Shown one piece after another: positions 8,535 through 15,941 of a DNA stretch of 64,000 nt. The DNA comes from Clostridia bacterium. GTDB lineage: Bacteria > Bacillota > Clostridia > Christensenellales > Aristaeellaceae. How positions within the stretch are numbered: position 1 is the stretch's first letter; the number at the start of each line of letters is the position of its first letter. Both the position numbers and the translations under genes were made by a program. Below the pieces are notes generated by a model. That model was given only the letters and a program-made list of their open reading frames with translations, searched no databases and was not told the DNA's origin. The stretch spans positions 1,709-65,708 of the forward strand of contig JAFSNT010000230.1 of the NCBI GenBank assembly GCA_017443295.1, in the 5' to 3' direction.

Positions 8535-9240
8535 ATAATTCTTCGTAGGAGTCCATCTTCAAATACTTCCCCGACGAGTAATGCGCCAGCATAGTCAGCA
8601 CGAACGCCTGATAATCGTAGGCCTCCAGGGCGTCCACGATTTTTTCGTGCTTGGTGACGGTGCTGGCCAGATGGGGCATTTTGGCCTCCAGCTGGAAGCC
8701 CGCGTCCGCCGCCCATATAGCCTCCAGCATGGAATTCAGCACCATATTATTGAGGGAACGGAACAGGGCCATATGGAAGCGGCGGTCCGCGTCGGCGAAC
8801 ATTTCGCCCTTTTCCCACTGGCTTCTGATCTCCCCGGCGCAGGCGCGCATTTCGGCGATATCTTCCTTTGTAATGGAAAGAAACGCCTCCCGCATGAAGC
8901 TCAGCTCCAGCGCCCGGCGGATGGCGAACATTTCCCGCACCGGCTTGTCCTGGCCGTCCATATGGAAAAACAGCACGTTCTGGAAGATGAAATCCAGGCT
9001 GAATTCCTGCACCTCCGTGCCCCGGCCCGGGCAGGCCCGCACCATGCCCATCAGCTCCATGCTTTTGATGGCTTCCCGAAGCACGTTGCGGCTCACCCCT
9101 AACTGGGTACACAGCTGCTGCTCCGTGGGCAGCAAGTCCCCCGCCGCCAGATGATTTTCCATGATATAGCTGCGAACCTCCCGGAACGCCTGGATGTACA
9201 GCTTTTCGTTCTTTCCAATGTCTGTCACGGACGATCCCAC
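8533..9240 (-). CDS. GntR/FadR-family transcriptional regulator (NanR-like by context)
   Basis: N-terminal winged-helix segment LPTEQQLCTQLGVSRNVLREAIKSLE.. plus a FadR-type all-helical C-domain. Divergent from the ABC/nanA operon. Confidence 0.8.
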   Translation of the reverse strand: MGSSVTDIGKNEKLYIQAFREVRSYIMENHLAAGDLLPTEQQLCTQLGVSRNVLREAIKSMELMGMVRACPGRGTEVQEFSLDFIFQNVLFFHMDGQDKPVREMFAIRRALELSFMREAFLSITKEDIAEMRACAGEIRSQWEKGEMFADADRRFHMALFRSLNNMVLNSMLEAIWAADAGFQLEAKMPHLASTVTKHEKIVDALEAYDYQAFVLTMLAHYSSGKYLKMDSYEEL

Positions 9241-9369
9241 CCCCGCAAGCAGAATGGTATTTGTAGGATATTTTGCAAGTTCATTATATTATAAGTTCCG
9301 CCAGTTTGTCAATAAAAAGTCGTTATTGGTAAAAATTTTGTCTGCCTGTCTATTTTTTTAAAAAAGCTA

Positions 9370-9398
9370 TTGACAAGCAGGATCATTTGTAGTACATT
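9370..9398 (+). promoter_or_regulatory. promoter of the sialic-acid ABC/nanA operon with overlapping GntR-type half-site palindrome
   Basis: TTGACA (9370-9375), 17 nt, TACATT (9393-9398). TGTAgTACA spans the spacer/-10 junction. The ATTTGTAG motif is repeated at about 9259. Confidence 0.5.
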
Positions 9399-9477
9399 TA
9401 GTGCAGAAGCAGCCGGGACCGGGGCACAAAGCCCGCCGCGCCGCAAAAAAACGATTATCTAAAAGGAGGAACCATTC

Positions 9478-10743
9478 ATGAAGAAACTGCTTGCTCTCCT
9501 TCTGTGCCTGATCCTGGCCCTGCCCGTTCTGGCGCTGGCCGAGGAAACCGAAATTACCCTGTGGACCTATCCCATCGGCAAATGGGGCAATGAAGAGACT
9601 GTGAACGAGATCATTGCCAACTTTAACGCCGTGCATCCCGAAATCAAGGTGAAGGTGCAGTATCTGGACTACACCTCCGGCGACGATCAGGTGACCACCG
9701 CCATCGAAGCCCACACCACCCCCGACATCGTGATGGAAGGCCCGGAACGCCTGGTTGCCAACTGGGGCGCCGCCGGCAAGATGCTGGACATCTCCGACCT
9801 GTGGGATGACGCCGTGAAAGCGGACATCATCGCCGCCAGCCCCGCCGTGGAAGCGGCCTGCCGGAATGACGCGGGCATCTATTATGAATATCCCCTGTGC
9901 ATGACCACCCACTGCATGGTCATCAACTACAACGACTTTGAAAAGGCGGGCGCTCTCCAGTACATCGACGAAGCCACCCATACCTGGACCACCGACGGCT
10001 TCCTGAAAGCTTTGGAAGCGCTGAATGCGGCGGGCTTCCAGCCTGCCGGTGTGGTGTACTGCGGCGGCCAGGGCGGCGACCAGGGCACCCGCGCGCTGGT
10101 GACCAACCTGTACTCCGGCCAGTTCACCAATGCTGATCACAGCGCCTACACCATGAACACCGAAGAAAACATCAAGGCCCTGAAGCTGCTCCAGACCCTG
10201 ACCAGCGACGGCCAGCTGGATGCTGATCCCAGTATCGTAGCCAGCGGCGAAATCGCCCTGTTCTGCAACAGCACCACCTCCATCGGCTTCTGCTGGAACG
10301 CTTCCGCCGCCGTGTCCAATAAGGCCAGTCTGGCGGACGATGTGAAGGTGTTCCCCATGGCTTTCCCCTCTGATGACGGCGTGCCCGAGCTGCAGGGCGG
10401 CATTTGGGGCTTCGGCCTGTTCGATAACGGCGACGAGGCCAAGGTGGCCGCCGCCAAGGCTTTCATCAAGTTCGTTTGCGACGATCCTTCCCAGGCCGCT
10501 GCCAGCGTGTACGCTTCCGGCTTCTTCCCCACCCGCGCTTCCCTGGGCGATGTGTACGCGGGCACCGAAATGGCTGAAAACGGCGATTATGCCATCTTCA
10601 TGCCGTACTTGGGCGACTATTATCAGGTCACGCCCAACTGGGCTGCGCAGCGCACCGAATGGTGGAACCTGCTCCAGCGCATCTTCGCGGGCGGCGACGT
10701 GGAAGCCGAAGTGGCTGTGTACGAAGCCAACGCCAATAAATAA
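9478..10743 (+). CDS. ABC transporter extracellular solute-binding protein (carbohydrate, family 1)
   Basis: AAAGGAGG RBS, signal peptide MKKLLALLLCLILALPVLALA, 421 aa. First gene of the SBP-permease-permease-nanA block. Confidence 0.85.
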   Translation: MKKLLALLLCLILALPVLALAEETEITLWTYPIGKWGNEETVNEIIANFNAVHPEIKVKVQYLDYTSGDDQVTTAIEAHTTPDIVMEGPERLVANWGAAGKMLDISDLWDDAVKADIIAASPAVEAACRNDAGIYYEYPLCMTTHCMVINYNDFEKAGALQYIDEATHTWTTDGFLKALEALNAAGFQPAGVVYCGGQGGDQGTRALVTNLYSGQFTNADHSAYTMNTEENIKALKLLQTLTSDGQLDADPSIVASGEIALFCNSTTSIGFCWNASAAVSNKASLADDVKVFPMAFPSDDGVPELQGGIWGFGLFDNGDEAKVAAAKAFIKFVCDDPSQAAASVYASGFFPTRASLGDVYAGTEMAENGDYAIFMPYLGDYYQVTPNWAAQRTEWWNLLQRIFAGGDVEAEVAVYEANANK

Positions 10744-10834
10744 TCTGCTCTGAATCACTGATCCAACCGGGTTTTGCGCCCCCATTCCCTCGCGGGGTGG
10801 GGGCGCTTGATTTCCGAAAGGAGGTTATTCCCCC

Positions 10835-11758
10835 GTGCAAAAAACCGCTGTCGCGCCCATCAGGAAGCCCAGCGTGAGCATGAAGCAGGCCCGCAGGCGG
10901 GAAAACGTCGCCGGGTATCTGTTCATGGCCCCCAGCCTGATCTTCTTCCTGGGCTTCGTGATTTTTCCCATGGTCATGTGTCTGGTGTACAGCTTTACGG
11001 ATTACACCATGTCCAGCTTCAGCTTTTCGGGTCTGAACAACTACAAGACCATGATCCAGGACGCCATTTTCGGCAAAGCCCTGTGGAACACCATCATCCT
11101 GGTGCTAGTCAGCGTGCCCATCACCTGCTTCTTTTCCCTGTGGGCGGCGTCCATTATTTCCAAGCTGCATGACCGCACCACGTCTTTCTTCCGCTGCGTG
11201 TTCTATCTGCCGGTGGTCACGGGTTCCGTGGCCGTGACGGTGGTATGGCGGTGGATCTTCAACCGGTACTACGGCGTGCTGAATTATGTGTGCATGAACC
11301 TGGGGCTGATCTCCCGGAACATGAACTGGTTAGGCGACGCCAGCACCGCCTTAGGCTGCATCATCACCATCCTGCTCACCACCTCCGTGGGCCAGCCCAT
11401 CGTGCTGTACGTGTCGGCCCTCAACAACGTGGATCAATCCCTGGTGGAAGCCGCCAGCGTGGACGGCGCCACCAACATGCAGACCTTCTGGCGCATCAAA
11501 TGGCCCCAGATCATGCCCACCACTCTGTATATCCTGGTCATCACCACCATCAACTCCTTCCAGTGCTTCGCCCTCATCCAGCTATTGACCTCCGGCGGCC
11601 CCAACCACGCCACGGAAACCATCATGTACTATATTTATTACAACGCCTTCAAGCTGCAAAATTACGGCTACGGCAGCGCTATGGGCATCATCCTGGCCCT
11701 GATCATCGCGGCGTTCAGCGCGCTGCAGTTCAAGCTGGCCAAGACCGATAACGGCTGA
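10835..11758 (+). CDS. carbohydrate ABC transporter permease
   Basis: GTG start with AAAGGAGG 9 nt upstream. Multi-TM protein of the MalF/BPD_transp_1 type. Confidence 0.8.
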   Translation: MQKTAVAPIRKPSVSMKQARRRENVAGYLFMAPSLIFFLGFVIFPMVMCLVYSFTDYTMSSFSFSGLNNYKTMIQDAIFGKALWNTIILVLVSVPITCFFSLWAASIISKLHDRTTSFFRCVFYLPVVTGSVAVTVVWRWIFNRYYGVLNYVCMNLGLISRNMNWLGDASTALGCIITILLTTSVGQPIVLYVSALNNVDQSLVEAASVDGATNMQTFWRIKWPQIMPTTLYILVITTINSFQCFALIQLLTSGGPNHATETIMYYIYYNAFKLQNYGYGSAMGIILALIIAAFSALQFKLAKTDNG

Positions 11759-11774
11759 GAAAGGAGGGACGGAC

Positions 11775-12668
11775 ATGAGCAATAATATCGCGGCCATCCA
11801 GAAACGCATGCAGCGCAAGCAGGAAAACACCGGCGGCGACCACAGCGTACACCAGATCACGCCCTATGAAATCGCGGCGCTGGTCGTGCTGATCATCATC
11901 GCCATCCTGTTCATTTTCCCGCTGTACTGGATCATTACCGGCTCCTTCAAGAACGCCCAGGACGTGATCGCCAAGGTACCCGTATGGTTCCCCCTGGCTC
12001 CCACCGTGGACAATTACGCCCGCCTGTTCGCCCGCCCCGCCTTCCGCTGGCTGTGGAACACGGTGTTCCTGTGCGCCATGAGCATGGCGCTCACCTGCGT
12101 TTCCGCCTCCATGGGCGGCTATGCCCTGGCAAAGAAGAAATTCGTGGGCCGGGGGCTGGTGTTCTCCATCTTCGTGTGCGCCATGGCCCTGCCCAAGCAG
12201 GTCATTTTGATCCCGCTGCTCAAGGAAATGGCGTTCCTCAAGCTGCATAACACCCTCTGGGCCGTCATTCTGCCCACCGTGGGCTGGCCCTTCGGCGTGT
12301 TCCTGATGAAGCAGTTCTCCGAAAACATTCCGGAATCCCTGCTGGAAGCCGCCCGCATCGACGGCGCCGGTGAAGCCCGCACCTTCATTGAAATCGTGCT
12401 GCCCATCATCAAACCCGGCATCGGCGCTCTGGCCATCTTCACCTTCATCACCACCTGGAACGATTATTTCCTCCAGCTGATTATGCTCAACGATACCGAC
12501 GTACTCACCATCTCCCTGGGCATCGCCAAGCTGCAAAGCGAGCTGAGCAACGATTTCGGCCTCATCATGGCCGGCGCGGCTTTAGGCTCCATCCCCATCA
12601 TCGTTATCTTCCTCATGTTCCAGAAATTCTTCACCCGCGGCATCACCATGGGCGCGGTGAAGGGGTAA
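11775..12668 (+). CDS. carbohydrate ABC transporter permease
   Basis: AAAGGAGGG RBS. MalG-type permease with the EAA-loop-like segment LLEAARIDGAGEARTF. Confidence 0.85.
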   Translation: MSNNIAAIQKRMQRKQENTGGDHSVHQITPYEIAALVVLIIIAILFIFPLYWIITGSFKNAQDVIAKVPVWFPLAPTVDNYARLFARPAFRWLWNTVFLCAMSMALTCVSASMGGYALAKKKFVGRGLVFSIFVCAMALPKQVILIPLLKEMAFLKLHNTLWAVILPTVGWPFGVFLMKQFSENIPESLLEAARIDGAGEARTFIEIVLPIIKPGIGALAIFTFITTWNDYFLQLIMLNDTDVLTISLGIAKLQSELSNDFGLIMAGAALGSIPIIVIFLMFQKFFTRGITMGAVKG

Positions 12669-12680
12669 CGGGAGAAAATA

Positions 12681-12794
12681 TCTGGGGGAAACCATTCTTT
12701 GCCGTCCGGGGCCTTCCGGCCCGGTCTCCGCTGAAAACCGGCCCAAGGGCAGGTTTTCCGGGCGCTTCGACCCCAAAGAATGGTTTCCCCCAGA
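12681..12794. repeat. same palindrome arms enclosing a 72-nt structured insert
   Basis: tctgggggaaaccattctttg (12681-12701) and caaagaatggtttcccccaga (12774-12794). Inner hairpins include ccggggccttccggcccgg. Confidence 0.85.
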
Positions 12795-12870
12795 CCCCCT
12801 TCCAAGAAAGCCATAAGGGAGATGTTATTATGATTATCCTGTTTGAATCAGTAACAAAGGAGTGATTTCT

Positions 12871-13785
12871 ATGAGCCTTGAAAAATATTGCGGCATCATT
12901 CCCGCCTTTTACGCCTGCTACGACGAGCAGAACGAAGTGAGCGAAAAGGCCGTCCGCGCCCTGGCCCGGCATATGGTGAACAAGGGCGTGAAAGGCCTCT
13001 ATGTGGGCGGCTCCTCCGGCGAATGCATCTACCTGGAAAAGGAAGAGCGCATGAAGAACTTAGAAGCCGTCATGGCCGAAGTGAAAAGCGAATGCACCAT
13101 CATCGCCCACGTGGGCTGCAACAACACCCGGGAATCCATGCAGCTGGCCGCCCACGCTGAAAGCCTTGGGGTAGATGCCATCGCCTCCATCCCGCCCATT
13201 TACTTCCACCTGCCGGAATACTCCATCGCCCAGTATTGGAACGATATTTCCTCCGCCGCGCCCAACACGGATTTCATCATCTACAACATTCCCCAGCTGG
13301 CGGGCGTGGCCCTCACCGCCCCCCTCTTCAAGGAAATGCTGAAAAATCCCAAGGTGGTCGGCGTGAAAAATTCCTCCATGCCCACCCAGGACATCGACAC
13401 CTTCGTGCGCATCGGCGGCGAGCGCTGCGTGGTCTTTAACGGCCCCGACGAGCAGTTCCTTTCGGGCCGCGCCATCGGCGCGGGCGGCGGCATCGGCGGC
13501 ACCTACGGGGCCATGCCCGAGCTGTTCCTGAAAATGGACGCCCTGGTGAAGGAAGGCCGCTACAAGGAAGCCGAACCCATCCAGCACGAGGTGAACGCCA
13601 TCATCACCGAGCTGTGTTCCTGCAAGGGCAACATGTACGCCGTCATCAAGGCCGTGCTGAAAATCAACGAGGGCTTAGAGCTTGGCTCCGTCCGCAAGCC
13701 CCTCACCGGCCTCCAGGACGGCGATATGCCCAAGGCGGAAATCGCCGCCAAGCACATCCGGGAAGCCATCAGGAAGTTCTGCTAA
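12871..13785 (+). CDS. nanA: N-acetylneuraminate lyase (DHDPS/NanA family)
   Basis: ATG at 12871, 8 nt after AAAGGAG. The sequence ..IIPAFYACYDEQNEVSEKAVRALARHMVNKGVKGLYVGGSSGE.. is typical of NanA. Context includes yhcH, a GntR regulator and a sugar ABC importer. Confidence 0.75.
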   Translation: MSLEKYCGIIPAFYACYDEQNEVSEKAVRALARHMVNKGVKGLYVGGSSGECIYLEKEERMKNLEAVMAEVKSECTIIAHVGCNNTRESMQLAAHAESLGVDAIASIPPIYFHLPEYSIAQYWNDISSAAPNTDFIIYNIPQLAGVALTAPLFKEMLKNPKVVGVKNSSMPTQDIDTFVRIGGERCVVFNGPDEQFLSGRAIGAGGGIGGTYGAMPELFLKMDALVKEGRYKEAEPIQHEVNAIITELCSCKGNMYAVIKAVLKINEGLELGSVRKPLTGLQDGDMPKAEIAAKHIREAIRKFC

Positions 13786-13796
13786 ATGATTCTCTG

Positions 13797-13834
13797 TCGG
13801 CAGCGCCGTTTCCGCACGGTGCTGCCGATTTTTT
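13797..13834 (+). terminator. intrinsic terminator of nanA
   Basis: 13-bp stem tcggcagcgccgt/acggtgctgccga followed by TTTTTT. Confidence 0.75.
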
Positions 13835-13949
13835 GGAAAAGTGAAAAGTGGAGAGTGAAAAGTGAAAATTTGAATAGAAAATGCCTTGTGTCTGCCGATT
13901 ATTTTCGGCCATATCTATTTCCACTTTCCACTTTTCACTTTCCACTTTC
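13835..13949. repeat. heptad-arm hairpin element C (AAAAGTG/GAGAGTG flavour)
   Basis: Left arm 13835-13871, right arm 13917-13949. Same flavour as B, and the loop starts with the same tttgaaNag. Confidence 0.85.
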
Positions 13950-14048
13950 AGCCAGCGAATCCTTCCTTCGCCGAGGCTGTACAAACCCAAATTATTATGA
14001 TATAATCACCAATGTGTTGCGAAAGATTTACGAACGCGGGAGGGACAC

Positions 14049-15497
14049 ATGAAGCGGGGATGGGGGATCCGGCTGATAGAGCTGATGGCGGCGGCGGTGC
14101 TGATGCTGTCCGTCCTGTTCCCTGTTGCCCTGGCGGACGAATACGATAAGAATTATCCCGAGCTGCTGGCCGAAGGCCACCTGACCGCCTCCTCGGTCAT
14201 CCTGATCGAAGCGGAAACGGATCAGGTGATTTTTGAAAAGAACCCGGATCAGCGCATGTACCCCGCCTCCACCACCAAGATTCTGACCGTGTGGCTGGCC
14301 CTGACCCTGGGCGAATCCTTGGAAAACGGCCTGGAAACCAAAATCACCCTGAGCGAAAACGCGGTGAACCTGGCCCCGGACGAATCCTCCGCCAAGTTCG
14401 CGGCGGGAGAAAACGTCAGGCTTATCGACCTGTGCTACGCCGCCATCCTCGTATCGGGCAACGACGCCGCCACCGCCATCGCAGAGGGCCTGGGCGGCTC
14501 GGTGGAATCCTACGCGGGCATGATGAACGAAGCGGCCTATGCTCTGGGCTGTTACAGCACCCATTTCGTGAACGCCAACGGCCTGCACGACGAAAACCAT
14601 TATACCACCGCCCGGGATCTGGCCACCCTGTCCCGCATTGCCATGGAGAACGAAGACTTCCGCATGATCGTCAGCGCCCCGGAATACAAGCTGCCCAAGG
14701 ACAACATTTACCGCGCCCGTTCCCTGATCAACGGCAACAATTTCGTGGCCGAATCCAAGGACGAAAACAAAAAAAGCCGCTATTATCCCGATTCCACCGG
14801 CATCAAAACCGGCACCACCTCGGCGGCGGGCAACTGTCTGGTGGCCTCCGCCACCCGGGACGGGGTGAGCCTGATCGCCGTGGTGCTGGGCGCCACCTCG
14901 GACACCAGCCGCTACGAGGACGCCATCAAGCTGATGGATTACGGCTTTTCCCAGTTTTTGAGTACCAGCATCGCCGAAATCTACCTGCGCAATCCCCGAA
15001 TCGTGGATATTCGGGGCTTCGATCTGGACGACCCCCAGGTGGGGCGGCTGACCCTGGAAATCCGCCTGCAATCCACCGGCGTGTCCGACGTGATCGTGAC
15101 CAGCCGGGAAGAAATGGAATACTGGGTGCAGAATTTTTCCAGCTACACCGTCACTGAATTTACCCGGGAGTTGAAAGCCCCCATCTCCCAGGGCGAGGTC
15201 ATGGGCACCCTGACCTATTACGGCGACGCCGGCCAGCCGGTGGTATACGATCTGGTGGCCTCCCGCTCCATCGCCGCCCGGGAACAGCTTTTCCCCTCGC
15301 TGGAGCAGCTCATTTCCGAGGCGGAAAACGACCCCAACCCCTTCCCCCGCATCACCGTGGAGCTGGTGGTGCTGTACCTGATTCTGCCCGTCCTTTCCGT
15401 GATCGTCGCGGTGCGCCTGCTGAAAGCCCTGTTCCGCCTCGGCCGAAAACGCAAAAAAGTAAAGGCCTTCAAGCCCACCAGCCGGTATTACCGGTAA
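14049..15497 (+). CDS. D-alanyl-D-alanine carboxypeptidase (peptidase S11, PBP5-type) with C-terminal membrane anchor
   Basis: Signal/TM at the N-terminus, SxxK motif PASTTKILT, SGN motif VSGNDAA, and a C-terminal TM (VVLYLILPVLSVIVAV). Confidence 0.85.
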   Translation: MKRGWGIRLIELMAAAVLMLSVLFPVALADEYDKNYPELLAEGHLTASSVILIEAETDQVIFEKNPDQRMYPASTTKILTVWLALTLGESLENGLETKITLSENAVNLAPDESSAKFAAGENVRLIDLCYAAILVSGNDAATAIAEGLGGSVESYAGMMNEAAYALGCYSTHFVNANGLHDENHYTTARDLATLSRIAMENEDFRMIVSAPEYKLPKDNIYRARSLINGNNFVAESKDENKKSRYYPDSTGIKTGTTSAAGNCLVASATRDGVSLIAVVLGATSDTSRYEDAIKLMDYGFSQFLSTSIAEIYLRNPRIVDIRGFDLDDPQVGRLTLEIRLQSTGVSDVIVTSREEMEYWVQNFSSYTVTEFTRELKAPISQGEVMGTLTYYGDAGQPVVYDLVASRSIAAREQLFPSLEQLISEAENDPNPFPRITVELVVLYLILPVLSVIVAVRLLKALFRLGRKRKKVKAFKPTSRYYR

Positions 15498-15510
15498 AAG
15501 GCATATATAT

Positions 15511-15561
15511 GGGGGCTTCTTCAGCCCCCAAACCCCCGAACCAGGGAGGTGACCTCCCTGG
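15511..15561. repeat. twin GC-rich hairpins (REP-like)
   Basis: gggggcttcttcagccccc and ccagggaggtgacctccctgg. The reverse complement resembles 60316-60370. Confidence 0.8.
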
Positions 15562-15586
15562 ACCCTCACTCATGTCGTAAATTACC

Positions 15587-15707
15587 GCTCCTGGGCAGGC
15601 GGCAAAGCCGCCTACGGTGCGCGAAGCGCACCTGAAAAACGAGGATATGACCAGGAAAAAGCTCGCTTTTTCCCTGGCATATGCCTCGTTTTTCTTTGCC
15701 CAGGAGC
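15587..15707. repeat. cloverleaf-like composite element, copy 1 (outer stem plus 3 hairpins)
   Basis: Outer stem gctcctgggca/tgcccaggagc. Hairpins ggcggcaaagccgcc, ggtgcgcgaagcgcacc and the long hairpin containing ccaggaaaaagctcgctttttccctgg. Confidence 0.8.
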
Positions 15708-15912
15708 TTGCAATATTTCTTTTCCAAACAGGCGCAAACTGTTTGTTTTCGTGCGTTTGCTGTTCGCCTGATGGGGCGCAGGGGGCGAAGTCCCCTGCCG
15801 CACAGACGAACCGCCGATGACCGCCTGTGGCGGAAATTTCATCGGCGGTGAGATCAGCCGAAAGGGAGCAATCTCCCCATGAAGGGGAGTTGCGACCTTT
15901 GAGGCTGCGGAA

Positions 15913-15935
15913 TCAGGGGCCGCGGAGGCCCCTGA
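15913..15935. repeat. GGGGCCGCGGAGGCCCC hairpin
   Basis: tcaggggccgcggaggcccctga. Same core as 37397-37421 and 43080-43104. Confidence 0.85.
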
Positions 15936-15941
15936 CCTCAT

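Noticed and set aside
9367-10785. 472-aa minus-strand ORF
   Set aside because: It is antisense to the solute-binding protein gene, which has an RBS, a signal peptide and operon context.
14028-15569. 513-aa minus-strand ORF
   Set aside because: It is antisense to the DD-carboxypeptidase gene (SxxK/SGN motifs) and has shadow-ORF composition.
15587-15707. Cloverleaf-like modules as tRNA genes
   Set aside because: They are about 121-126 nt long, have no T-loop (GTTCRANYC) or D-loop consensus and no anticodon-stem geometry. All stems are near-perfect palindromes typical of REP-like DNA.
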